A DNA stretch of 64,000 bases from NCBI RefSeq assembly GCF_001194135.2, contig NC_068984.1:21581953-21645952 (forward strand), read 5' to 3'. The DNA comes from Octopus bimaculoides (lineage: Eukaryota). The notes below the pieces were generated by a model. The model searched no databases. It was not told where the DNA came from and worked only from the letters and a program-made list of their open reading frames with translations. Below are positions 26,777-39,760 of the stretch, in pieces (position 1 is the stretch's first letter; every line of letters begins with the position of its first letter). The translations under genes and the position numbers were made by a program.

Positions 26777-26821
26777 TCTCACACTGAGGACGGATAACAT
26801 CCCGAAACCTAGGTCTGAGAG
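26777..26821 (+). ncRNA. Minimal type-I hammerhead ribozyme, canonical core
   Basis: ctcaca-CTGAGGA(26784-90)-c ggat aac atcc c-GAAAC-CTAG-GTC(26813-15)-tgagag. Stem I pairs at 5 of 6 positions, stem II has 4 bp plus a C.C closing mismatch, and stem III ACCTAGGT is palindromic. Confidence 0.72.
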
Positions 26822-26974
26822 TATCACGCATGGCTAGAGATAGGAGCGATGACCTTCCTTGCAAATGCTATATGGACACACACTGTGTGTTGATATCCAG
26901 CTGGAAAAGATATTATCACACAGTAACATCGTCCTTTATACGACTGCCACATTATGTTGGCAATATAAACGTTG

Positions 26975-27068
<94 letters not shown>

Positions 27069-27584
27069 ATGCACATTAATGTAAAGATAATTGTATGTAT
27101 GTGTGTGTGCACGAGTAGGTGAACAAATGAAAGAGTGTAGTATTTAACACAAGCTGTTGGAATTACATGTGTTTAATGATAGTTCGATTTAGCTCCACAT
27201 TACTCTATCTCTGAATATCTGCTTTAGTGGACGTATTGCGAACCCACGAAACTTTATGTAATATGGATCTGAATGAACTGAGTCAAACTATCAAACCGTT
27301 ATACCTTTTAGTATGTGTATATGGGTAAATGTAGTGCGTCTGTGTGTTTGTGTATACCGATCTCAATCGATGTGTGGCGTCGCGCCCTTTTACGCTGAAA
27401 AGATAACTTAACCATTCGATCAATTGAAATCGATAAAATATATAGCAAAGAGCTATAACTACTAGTTATGATACGATCGACTAAATAACCTTGAAGCCAT
27501 AGTTCAATGACAAACTACTGCCAAGATTAAAGTTTTATAAAAATATGATTTTATAAGTCCGAGGAAAACACATAGTGAGTCGAA

Positions 27585-27951
27585 GCGCACTCACACACAC
27601 TCATACAGTCACACATACACACACTCACACATACACACACTCACACACTCACATACACACACAGACACACACGCTCACACGAACACACTCTCAAACGCAC
27701 AAATACATTCATGCACTAACACGCACTCACACACAAACGCAGTCACACACACTCACACATACACACAGAGACTCACACAGACTCCCACACACACTCACAC
27801 AAACACACTCACACACATACACTAACACACACACTCACATAGTCACACGCACACTAACACACACACACAAACACACACAAACACACTCACACACACTCAC
27901 ACACACACTCACACACACAAACAGTCACACACACTCACACACACACATACA

Positions 27952-27990
<39 letters not shown>
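27585..27990. repeat. Degenerate CA-rich satellite (cactcacacaca variants)
   Basis: Directly visible; it produces the HT-rich pseudo-ORF 27575-28075. Confidence 0.85.
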
Positions 27991-27991
<1 letters not shown>

Positions 27992-29119
27992 TATACCCCC
28001 CCCCCACACGCATACAGAGGCTCGCATACATATTTGATCCTTTTTCTGGCCTGGATGCTCAGGTTTATGGTATGATGGATTATAGGAAAGTGGGATGCAG
28101 AAACCTTTTCTGAAAAGTATCACAAAGCGAGCGACCGAGTGTCATAGTTTCAAACTAGTCGTAAAGACTAGTATTCTTCCTCAAGACCAGAAAATACTTA
28201 AATACAATGACTGCTAACTCTGGAATAATCTTAGGTGAAACATACTGCAGTTTACTATTTCCATTCTTGAGAATGTGCATATATATATGTACACACACAC
28301 ACACATAATCTCCTGTTGTTTTAAAAAGTATCTTGATGTAGAGAGAAGAGTAAACACATTTAATATATTAGACTAGACTAGCTCAATAAACTGCTATAGA
28401 TTGTTTTTAAAAAAAACCGGAAACCACTAAAAACGTCTGCTTTTCATACAATGACAATGATTAGTGAGGAGAATAGTATGCTTTTTAGAAAATAAGGTGA
28501 TAAAACACATCCGTTTATCCATCCATTTGTCTATCCATCGATCAAGTCAAATATCCACCAATCTATAAATATATCTATCTTTTTAATATTCAGAATTGCT
28601 ATGAATTTTATCAACGACAGTTCTGTAATGAATAATTCCTGACACACCAATGACATTAACCATTGTATCTGCTGTTACTAATATTTTCATAAATTTCGTC
28701 CGGAAATGCATAACCACGTTATGAATATTGTTATTTTACGTGAATGTTGTACATATTACACACACACACATACACACACACATATATATATATATACACC
28801 CACACGTAATATCATGCAACGTCCTAACTTTATACAATTATTATTATAAAATATGATATACTATATTATGCAAAATTTAATATCTCTCACCGTTTGTCTG
28901 TCTATCTAATTACATGTGAGTCCATCCGTTTGTTTGTCTGTCTACCCATTTACCCCCATTTTTCTTCTTTCGCTCTTTGACTATAATATCTGGACGACTT
29001 TCCCTACTTTTCCTTTCTGTAAGAATCGGAACTTTTCTGTGGATATTATATAAAGTTTACATAATTTCCAGCATATAATAGCTTCAACCTTGTCATGACT
29101 GTGTATATATATTGTAGTA

Positions 29120-29498
29120 GAGGCGCAATGACCCAGTGGTTAGGGCAGCGGACTCGCGGTCATAGGATTGCGGTTTCGATTCCCACACCGGGCGTTGTGA
29201 ATGTTTATTGAGCGAAAACACCTAAAGTTCCACAAGGCTCCGGCAGGGGATGGTGGTGAATCCTGCTGTACTCTTTCACCACAACTTTCTCTCACTCTTA
29301 CTTCCTGTTTCTGTTGTACCTGTATTTCAAAGGCCCAGCCTTGTCACACTCTGTCACGCCGAATCTCCCCGAGAGCTACGTTAAGGGTACACGTGTGTGT
29401 GGAGTGCTCAGCCACTTGCACGTTAATTTCACGAGCAAGCTGTTCCGTTGATCGGATCAACTGGAACCCTCATCGTCGTAACCGACGGAGTGGCATCC
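29120..29498 (+). mobile_element. SINE family A, second full-length copy
   Basis: Colinear and highly similar to 20976-21358 throughout. Confidence 0.9.
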
Positions 29499-29949
29499 AT
29501 ATATGTTGTCCTTTGATTGGGACAAAGCAACCACAAAACAATGTTATACACTGTTTCCTCAAAACCTCCACATATTTTGTAGTTACTCTTTGCATTTTGA
29601 TTCATTATATGCCTTAGGCAGATCCCAGTATGAAGGATTCTCTCTTGTGATAACCCCAAATAAGAATCCCCGTCTCAAGTTTAAGTCCTGTGCTTTCCAA
29701 CCGAAGACCAGGTCTATTCTTTATTCACTTTTACTTTGCCACATATTGGTCATGTAAGGAATTTTTCCTAATCAAAGTATTAACATGACATCTAACAGTT
29801 CTATTGCTTCAGTGGAACCGTGTCAGTCATCGGGTCTCAGTTGGCGCGACGAACATTTTGCCACCAAATAATAAATGTTCAAGTGAAATTAACAGATTTC
29901 GTGTATTTTTGAATGGCTAGTATGTGTTTTCTACCTACAATTGTTTTTA

Positions 29950-30339
29950 TTCCCATTTTTAAATTTAGTTCCCGTGATGCTTCTCCGTCCTCTGTTTCTC
30001 TTCTATATTTGTCGCAATCCATGAGAGCAGAAAGAATTATTTTGTTCGTGCGTTATAGTAATTTCTATAAGTTCCCTATTATTTTTATTAGATATTTTAC
30101 TTTTGCACTAGATATTATATAATAAGTTCCTAGATGTAATCGTGGTAAATCTAATCTTTCGGTGTCGGCTTTGAGGTGGAGTATCCTACATACAATAATT
30201 AGTTTTCTGGTTTTCCTGTCTAGTCTTGCTAATTCATTTAGCTTCCAGTTGAGAATATCATAGGTCTAATAATAGTTCATTAATTCCTTAGTATACGTAA
30301 GCCTGTGTTTGATTAATTCCGTTATCTCTGTTTCTGAAT

Positions 30340-30399
<60 letters not shown>

Positions 30400-30415
30400 T
30401 ACATACATACATACA

Positions 30416-30451
<36 letters not shown>

Positions 30452-30453
30452 TA

Positions 30454-30484
<31 letters not shown>

Positions 30485-30640
30485 AAGTGGTTTCGGTTAA
30501 TTTTCCTCCTATCAACGTTACCTTGACATGTTTCTTTTATCTGAATTTCATGTCAATTTCTCTACTGAATCCGTGTACTGTCTGTAACAGTATTAGTAGT
30601 TTCTCGTCATCGCTGGGGAGAATCTATGACGATCTGAGGA
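29950..30640 (-). mobile_element. R4/Dong-like LINE reverse-transcriptase relic split by a compound microsatellite
   Basis: Minus strand gives DDEKLLILLQTVHGFSREIDMKFR*KKHVKVTLIGGKL (30490-30620). Past the microsatellite it gives YDILNWKLNELARLDRKTRKLIIVCRILHLKADTERLDLPR, matching the R4-clade LDRKTRK..HHPKAD..RLY.PR motif. Confidence 0.75.
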
Positions 30641-32819
30641 AGAAATGATACGGGAATATGAACCACCTAATAGGGTGGCCTCTTGAAGTTTTACCCACTG
30701 GCTTATGATACTTGTTCTGTCTGATGGTGGGCACTAACTGGGATGTCTTTTCCATTTGTATCTTCCGTGAAAAAGTGGTAGTACGTAAATAAAGCATGGG
30801 AAAACTGCAGCACTTGGGTTACATCTATCTTTTACGATCTATCTTTTGCATGAGCTGCGTAATGGCGTTATTATATTAACATTTTGTAATATAACTTTTG
30901 TGTACAGAGAAGATAAAATGTATTCGCAACTGTTTAAAGTTCTGAAAATATCTTCAGTCAATCTCTCTCTCTTTCTGTTTGTCTGTCTGTCTAAATGAAT
31001 AAATAAATAAATAAAATCCTATACAAGTAAGGCTTAAGAGAGACAAAGTAACAGCTCCAATGACCGGAGTGATACCATAGAGAAATGGTACAAAGACCTG
31101 CAGATTATGTTTAGGTGAAAAAAATCTCATACTCAATAATCTTAACAGGTCTGCAGTGCGGTGATCTCTGACAAAATGTCACCATTTGCATAAATATCTA
31201 CCGATAATCTGGAAGTTTATACCAACGCCTGATTGAACGAACTTAATTAGGAGCAATCACATGCTCTCTATGTCTCTGTTCGATTTTAACGATATGATAA
31301 TACACTCAACACTGTTCATAGTTCAAATCATAAACTTTGCCTACGCATTACCATTAGCAGTTTATTTAAAGTCTTCACTAACATAGTTAAACTTCATTAG
31401 TCCTCCATCCATATTATTTTAAACCAACCTAAAGGAAATAATTCCCTTTTCACAACCTTATTAATGTGTCGTGTTATGTCACTTACAGTATCTTCACACT
31501 CAGTGCAATTCAGTAAAATCCTCACGCCGCAGGCAAAGAATATATGTATGTTACCGATATTTGTATAAAGGTTATGTTTTTATCGCTTTGATTATCAAAG
31601 AATTCTGTAAATAAAGCTTTCAGTTACAATGTATTATCACTTAGGGACTACATTATTGAATATTTCACTCAATTTCTCTGATTTTAACTATTACTAGTGG
31701 TACTTATATTAAACACCGGAGAAATAGACAGCGAATTAGATTCAGATATAGTATATTATACTAATACCAGTACTTGATTAGTGCATTACTTTATCGACCC
31801 AGGAAGATGAAGAGCAAAAGTGACCTCAAATGCATTTTGTCCGACGCTTTAAAGATTCTGCCACTCTTCAGCCCTAGTAGCATTAATACGGTAACATATT
31901 AGTACAATAACGTTAAAGTTTATTGAATCGGTTCAGATTCAATATTTTGAAAGGGCAAGAGAAATCCGGCGAGTAGGTTTGCTCTTAGCACTCAGAAAGT
32001 AGTTGGAAAAAAACCAACCGATTTAATTAATTTAGTCCTCTCCAATTTCCGATTCTATGCCACACTCCCTCCTCATCAAGACTTCCATAATATTGACTTC
32101 CTAGATATTCATGCTAGAATACATTCCAGTATCCTCGTAGCATTTACACTACCGATCTCAGAAAGACAAAAAGCAATGCTAACTCTAATAGAAATTGATT
32201 TAAATCATAGAGGGATGCAACTGAATTTTATATGGTGCTTTGTGAAATATTTTATGCATTTTTTTGTCAACTCCCCATCCTCCTACGACTATCAATTACC
32301 AGATGAACTGGGCCGCTTCAGAATTAAGTGCCTTGACTATGGACACAGCTTTTGTGCCAATCAGAGAATATGGATCGCCGACTGCTTGATTATTTGTCTG
32401 TTACTCTATAAACACTGCCTTCAATGCAAACACTTAACACTAAATATCCATTGTCTTCTTTTATAACCACTATTTATTTGAACTACGGATAGATTATTGA
32501 TGCTTTTCAAATCTATTCCACCGTGATAGTGTATGATAAGTAAATCAAAGTAACTCTGTCAATGGCCTTTATAATAATTCCGATAATGTTAGTCAGTGAT
32601 ATCAAATGGAAAGTCAATATGAAGAAATAATAGCAAACCAAAATGAAAAAGAGAAAAAGAAGAAAAAAAAAGAAACAAAAAACTAAACAATAACAACTCA
32701 AAAATAGCAAAAAGTAATGCGAAACATAATATCAAAACAAATTAAAACTCTTGTGTATTTAGTGAGAATAAATTTTATGCGACACTGGTATTCGTGTATT
32801 TGGTTGATTGTTTTTATGG

Positions 32820-32862
<43 letters not shown>

Positions 32863-33044
32863 TATGTATGTATGTATTTGTCTGTCTGTTTGCATGTGTA
32901 TATATTGAAAACGTACGCTACTATACGAACTTGCTTAGTATACATATCTGAACTTACGTATTTGGGCAAATTTGGACATACGACAGTTTAACATAATAGC
33001 AACGAACCTCCACCGACTATTCTGCCTATATGTCTGGGCACACC

Positions 33045-33222
33045 TTTGAATGTATGCCAGAAAGTTTTAAAATCGAACGGAGGCCTCAAAAGATATTCTA
33101 AGATCCACAAAGAGCAGAACTTATCTGCAGCTCTTGGCGGTCCAAATCGGAGGTGCAATCTAAATGGGGTGCCTTTTCAGAACATTGTCTGGTTTAAAAA
33201 GCCACATCAGATGCTATGATGG
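33045..33222 (+). mobile_element. RTE-like LINE C-terminal relic with two degenerate C2H2-like fingers
   Basis: NVCQKSFK / GLKRYSKIHK and GCLFRTLSGLKSHIR; the second resembles the 17345-17530 finger. It is cut by a gap. Confidence 0.5.
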
Positions 33223-34167
33223 NNNNNNNNNNNNNNNNNNNNNNNNNNNNNNNNNNNNNNNNNNNNNNNNNNNNNNNNNNNNNNNNNNNNNNNNNNNNNN
33301 NNNNNNNNNNNNNNNNNNNNNNCACACACACACACACGCTGCTTATAAGGAATAGGACACAGAGTACTTAAAGCAAGATGTAGCTTACGTCTATATTTAT
33401 TTGGCTCAAGCCTTATGCTACTCATCCTCAGAGTATCAAAATTACTTCATCTGTCAGACAACATGAACAACTATTATCTATGAAAAAAAGATGCTCCAAC
33501 AATCTCAGATGGTCTCAGGTAACTTGTTACATTACGAAGAAGAGTTCCTATGTAAGGGCGTATGTTTATAAGTTTTAAAAAAAAGGTAAAAGAGTGGCGA
33601 TTGTGTATAATCAGAACACCCGAAAGATATTTTCCCATAAGGAAGAAACAAAATGGAACCTTTTCTGAAAAAGTACATTTTCCATTTAATTCTCTTCAGT
33701 TTGTTCTTTGGCATTAATATAGAATTATTCCTTTGGCAGTATTGTAATATTTTTTGTTGAGCGGATTATTGTATATTTGTGCATAATCACGTTTGCGATC
33801 TTTGTAATTTACACTATTCTACAAGCTGGGGGCATCGATTCTATTGTCTATAACAAACAGACGTAAAAAATATCCAATACTGGGTGGTTTATCTTGAGAT
33901 TTGAAGTTATCGAGTATTTTTTTTTATAAATCATATATTAGTACTTGTGTCTGGTGTCTTTTGCGTAAGATATATATCGATTAAATATAACTATACTCTA
34001 TACCATCTATTGAGTACTCTTTCCTAGTTTCTTCCCAGATTGAAAAATTTGAGAAGGGTTCTTAATACCTGAACCATCTTGACAATGATTTTTACTTTGT
34101 TTATGGAGTTACTTGTGTAGATGAGAACTTTTGGATGCAACTTTACTGCCCTCCAACTCTCTCTCTT

Positions 34168-34198
<31 letters not shown>

Positions 34199-34259
34199 CT
34201 AAACATATGTGTGTGTGTGTGTGTGTGTGAATATCCATCAATATAAATATGTTGTACAT

Positions 34260-34309
<50 letters not shown>

Positions 34310-35300
34310 NNNNNNNNNNNNNNNNNNNNNNNNNNNNNNNNNNNNNNNNNNNNNNNNNNNNNNNNNNNNNNNNNNNNNNNNNNNNNNNNNNNNNNNNNNN
34401 NNNNNNNNNNNNNNNNNNNNNNNNNNNNNNNNNNNNNNNNNNNNNNNNNNNNNNNNNNNNNNNNNNNNNNNNNNNNNNNNNNNNNNNNNNNNNNNNNNNN
34501 NNNNNNNNNNNNNNNNNNNNNNNNNNNNNNNNNNNNNNNNNNNNNNNNNNNNNNNNNNNNNNNNNNNNNNNNNNNNNNNNNNNNNNNNNNNNNNNNNNNN
34601 NNNNNNNNNNNNNNNNNNNNNNNNNNNNNNNNNNNNNNNNNNNNNNNNNNNNNNNNNNNNNNNNNNNNNNNNNNNNNNNNNNNNNNNNNNNNNNNNNNNN
34701 NNNNNNNNNNNNNNNNNNNNNNNNNNNNNNNNNNNNNNNNNNNNNNNNNNNNNNNNNNNNNNNNNNNNNNNNNNNNNNNNNNNNNNNNNNNNNNNNNNNN
34801 NNNNNNNNNNNNNNNNNNNNNNNNNNNNNNNNNNNNNNNNNNNNNNNNNNNNNNNNNNNNNNNNNNNNNNNNNNNNNNNNNNNNNNNNNNNNNNNNNNNN
34901 NNNNNNNNNNNNNNNNNNNNNNNNNNNNNNNNNNNNNNNNNNNNNNNNNNNNNNNNNNNNNNNNNNNNNNNNNNNNNNNNNNNNNNNNNNNNNNNNNNNN
35001 NNNNNNNNNNNNNNNNNNNNNNNNNNNNNNNNNNNNNNNNNNNNNNNNNNNNNNNNNNNNNNNNNNNNNNNNNNNNNNNNNNNNNNNNNNNNNNNNNNNN
35101 NNNNNNNNNNNNNNNNNNNNNNNNNNNNNNNNNNNNNNNNNNNNNNNNNNNNNNNNNNNNNNNNNNNNNNNNNNNNNNNNNNNNNNNNNNNNNNNNNNNN
35201 NNNNNNNNNNNNNNNNNNNNNNNNNNNNNNNNNNNNNNNNNNNNNNNNNNNNNNNNNNNNNNNNNNNNNNATATATATATATATATATATATATAAAATG

Positions 35301-35338
<38 letters not shown>

Positions 35339-35730
35339 CAATATAAATATACATATATAAAATGTAATATATATATACTGTTGGAACTTTTGCTGAGTGG
35401 AACACTTACAAATTGATCACGAACTCACGCAACGTTACCTAATCAATATTACAACTTCATATTTTCCCCCCTCGGTTTGTTTGCAGTTTGTGTGTTTTAC
35501 CACTTCGCACTTTTAATGGAGAAATGTTTAAAAAATAAACAAAAGAAAATAAAACATTAAACAAAAATAGAACATACGAACAAAAATAAATCAAACAAAA
35601 GTTAAACGAACGAGAGACCGAAGAAATATCTCGTCCGGCGTGCTGTCTTCAACGTTAATTTAATGAGAAATGATTTAACAGGAAACGGCTGAGATTTTAG
35701 TATTCAATATATATTTAAGTAGTTAGTTAC

Positions 35731-35824
35731 CTGCCGTTTGGTTAAAGAACCATACAGTATTTCGCTTGTAATAAGCCCATGAATTGGTTGAGTTCATGCC
35801 ACCCTCTACTCCGCAGCACTCGAG
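35731..35824 (-). CDS. Tetraspanin internal coding exon (start of EC2 variable region, CCG motif)
   Basis: Minus strand reads ...attattttattaacag|CTCGAGTGCTGCGGA...CAAACGGCAG|gtaact. The 94 nt exon is phase 0 to phase 1 and translates LECCGVEGGMNSTNSWAYYKRNTVWFFNQTA. CCG is the tetraspanin hallmark motif. Confidence 0.92.
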
Positions 35825-35841
35825 CTGTTAATAAAATAATA

Positions 35842-35892
<51 letters not shown>

Positions 35893-36161
35893 GGAATCTA
35901 AAAACAGAAACAATTCCTATCATAGTAGGCGCCTTAGGTATGATAAAAAATATTCAGACAAATACATAACAAAAACACCAGGACTTACACATATATATAA
36001 CATACAGAAAATTGCACTACTGGGTACTGCACACATCCTACGCAAAACACTTTCAATACAGTAACCATAAGAGCATCACAGCAAACCACAGCACATACTC
36101 AAGGCACACAGAGCTGCGCTCGGTAGTGAAGTGAAAGCACTTTATAAAAATAAAACTACTG
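35893..36161 (+). mobile_element. 5'-truncated R4/Dong-like LINE 3' end inside an (AAT)n tract
   Basis: NLKTETIPIIVGALGMIK / YSDKYITKTPGLTHIYNIQKIALLGTAHILRKTLSIQ* (one frameshift), then about 100 nt of 3' UTR. (AAT)n lies on both sides (35833-35892 and 36162-36187). Confidence 0.85.
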
Positions 36162-36974
36162 AATAATAATAATAATAATAATAATAANNNNNNNNNNNNN
36201 NNNNNNNNNNNNNNNNNNNNNNNNNNNNNNNNNNNNNNNNNNNNNNNNNNNNNNNNNNNNNNNNNNNNNNNNNNNNNNNNNNNNNNNNNNNNNNNNNNNN
36301 NNNNNNNNNNNNNNNNNNNNNNNNNNNNNNNNNNNNNNNNNNNNNNNNNNNNNNNNNNNNNNNNNNNNNNNNNNNNNNNNNNNNNNNNNNNNNNNNNNNN
36401 NNNNNNNNNNNNNNNNNNNNNNNNNNNNNNNNNNNNNNNNNNNNNNNNNNNNNNNNNNNNNNNNNNNNNNNNNNNNNNNNNNNNNNNNNNNNNNNNNNNN
36501 NNNNNNNNNNNNNNNNNNNNNNNNNNNNNNNNNNNNNNNNNNNNNNNNNNNNNNNNNNNNNNNNNNNNNNNNNNNNNNNNNNNNNNNNNNNNNNNNNNNN
36601 NNNNNNNNNNNNNNNNNNNNNNNNNNNNNNNNNNNNNNNNNNNNNNNNNNNNNNNNNNNNNNNNNNNNNNNNNNNNNNNNNNNNNNNNNNNNNNNNNNNN
36701 NNNNNNNNNNNNNNNNNNNNNNNNNNNNNNNNNNNNNNNNNNNNNNNNNNNNNNNNNNNNNNNNNNNNNNNNNNNNNNNNNNNNNNNNNNNNNNNNNNNN
36801 NNNNNNNNNNNNNNNNNNNNNNNNNNNNNNNNNNNNNNNNNNNNNNNNNNNNNNNNNNNNNNNNNNNNNNNNNNNNNNNNNNNNNNNNNNNNNNNNNNNN
36901 NNNNNNNNNNNNNNNNNNNNNNNNTATATATATATGTATATATATATATATATATATACGTGTGTGTATATGTT

Positions 36975-37182
36975 TGTGTGTCTGTGTTTGTCCCCCCAAA
37001 ATTGCTTGACAACCGATGCTGGTGTGTTTATGTCCCCGTACCTTTGCGGTTTGGCAAAAGAGACCGATAGAATAAGTACTAGGCTTCCAAACAATAAGTC
37101 ATGAAGTCTATTTGCTCGACTAAAGGCAGTGCTCCAGCATGGGCGCAGTCAAATGACTGAAACAAGTAAAAGAGTAAAAGAG
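36975..37182 (+). mobile_element. SINE family C, 3' half with (GTAAAAGA)n tail
   Basis: ...gaccgatagaataagtactagg...taaaggcagtgctccagcatgggcgcagtcaaatgactgaaacaagtaaaagagtaaaagag. Confidence 0.85.
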
Positions 37183-37399
37183 GTACTTTATTTTACCGAC
37201 CCTGAAATGATGAAAGGCGAAATTAACCCCAAGTGGAATCAGAATCTGCACACATAGTTGTGTATTAAACGAGGTGAGTAGGTAGGGCAAAATGTTATAC
37301 AACATATTAAGACTTTAGAATTTGGTGAACTACGCAAAACTACAGATAAATTACACAATAAATAAATAATCACACATATAAAGGTAAACAAGGCAACAT

Positions 37400-38340
37400 A
37401 AATATAAACTCAGGTGCGATGCGGCCAGTTAGGTAAAGTCAGGCCACTCTATGATCCTCCTTAAATCCTACTCCTGTCACTGGAAGCTGGTACTTCCGAA
37501 AGTGAGCGTTTTCAGAGCTGGACTCGTTGAGAATTCTCTCACGTACTCAAGATCATTGCTTCTTACCAGTGTATACACTACTACTGTTGTTTTCACCAAC
37601 AGCCTGTCATTCACGAAATCCATTTTCTTTTCAGTCAGCATATTGTTTATATTTTCTTTCTTCATTTTGATCAATAGATCCACTAGGTCTTCGTTACTCC
37701 TAATGGAAGAACTTGGAATTTGATGTAGTCTCTGGGAACAGGGAATCCTCTTCGTGAGACTTGCTTTCCGTTTAGGTTTGCATTGTCTTCTGGGTTTTCT
37801 TTCTCCTAGTATTTGTCTCTGACACTTTTCCACTTCTGATCACTTTTATTTTCCCCTCGTGGTGACTGACGGCTCCTGGCATGTTCTGCTTTCCTCGGAT
37901 CCGTCAGTACTTTGGAGACAACAGTTTCGGAGATTTGTTGTTACTGCTTCTGCTGTTGTCTACTGCCTTCTTATTAAAGCTGCTCCAGGTAAAAAGTCTT
38001 TATGGGATTTCACTTCCTCCACAGTGAGATACAGCTCCGATTAACTCTCTAGTCTTTGAAGGTCATTAAAACGTGTTCACCTATACAGACTCCATCCGAT
38101 CACGCGTGTGAACTCTTAGTCCAGTACCTACTGCAACAGTGACGAAAATTTAAGACTCAACATTGCGCCAATACCTTTGATCTTGATCCTTGTGATACAT
38201 CTTCCTATATAATGTGACATCAAATTGTGGACAAATATGAGAAGCACCGACTTTGTCACTTCATGAAGCTGTAGATCTCAAAGACAAGGTTTACATCTCC
38301 ATGGTGCCTGGTCCGGTCGATGGAGCAAATACCGAACCAT
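37400..38340 (-). other. Degraded coding-like remnant of unknown (probably retroelement) origin
   Basis: About 950 nt free of microsatellites and more GC-rich than its flanks. It holds a 118-aa open frame (37477-37833) plus interrupted upstream frames. No diagnostic motif recognised. Confidence 0.35.
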
Positions 38341-39559
38341 CAAGAAAATTAGTCAAGTCAAATGCTCTTCCAGAAGATCCAGTAATGAGAGTTAATTAAA
38401 AGCAATAATTTAGAAGAAATAACATAAAATGTAAAAGGAAGACGGTTCCTGTATCCCTGCTCACCCCATCCAAAATTTTCAAAAGCAAAAAAATAAATAA
38501 ATCATGGTAAACTCCCACTTTTGGCAGAGCGAGCCGCGCGTGCGCAGTCACGCACAAACAAACACACCATGACTATTACAATAATAATAAATGACAATAA
38601 TCATTTATGGTAACATGAAGCAACAAATACGTTGCAGAAAGAGACTATAATTGAGTGAATCGATTGCAATATATTACCGGTATTCGTTTATTCGATTAAG
38701 GAGAAACGAAAAAGCAAAAAAAAAAAAAGCAAACAACCATAATTTGAATATAGGACATAAAGGCACGTAAATTAATACTGTTCGGAGGTCTGCCGACTCT
38801 ACTAGTACGCTACTATTGTGATAACAAATATCAGATATTAATATGGAGATGAAATTTCAGTTACTTCTAGAGGAGAGAGAGAGAGAGAAAGAGAGAACGA
38901 TATTATACTGTAAATATTAATGCCGTACTAACAATTATCAAAAATAGCTGACCAAGAACAGCGTTCTCTTGGTAGTTATAATGTTTCATAAATCAACACA
39001 GCCGTCTACGCATGGATTTACATTTAATTAGTATATCAGATAACACTCCTCCCGTATATTTCACAGTAGGATTCATAGTTCTCAATTAACTACTAATAAA
39101 AAGCAGAGCAAACAAAGAGTAACAACCGCAAACCAACCTTACAGGCAGCTAAAGCTATATATCTAGATTATTTAGTAATATATTAACCGAGATAATGAAA
39201 AAATGCACACACACATACACATAGTACTTACGTACATACATTATCTTCCTATGAGGCATGATATCATGGCAAAAGCATTATACGCTACAAAACAATCTAC
39301 AGAATGAATAACTCTGAGGTTAAAAATAAAATCTTACAGTGATGTGGAGGGCATGATTACTCATAATATCGAAGAATACTGGTAGAATGTTCCTCTTAAG
39401 ACCTAAGCAAAATGTATTGTGGGTCTGACATAATGTGGGACAGGAAAGAGATTGTGCTCAGTTGTGGAAATCAGCAGCTCAGCAGATGTTAACATAATGT
39501 TAACGATATTAGAAGAGAAAGGCAAACATCTATGCTGAACTGATGAGAAATCTGCAGTT

Positions 39560-39760
39560 ACACTTGAACTGTAACTTTAGATTTATACCTGTAATTATTG
39601 GGGAACTTACGCATGGAACTGTCTCAGCATTAATCAGGAGAATCTGGGCTTTACAAAACCAGAAAAAAAAGGCATTTATTTTAAAAAGAAATTATAATCA
39701 AAAGCCGTTCATGGAGTTATGGAACTACGTAAAGTGTTCTATAAAATTTCAGCTCGTAAT
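39560..39760 (+). mobile_element. Highly degenerate R4/Dong-like 3' coding end
   Basis: RFIPVIIGEL...ENLGFTKPEK resembles the IPIIIGALG...KLGF segment at 56080-56160. Confidence 0.45.

Noticed and set aside
38525-38555. GC-rich GCGCGTGCGCA (NRF1-like) site suggesting a promoter
   Set aside because: A single short motif with no CpG island or nearby first exon.
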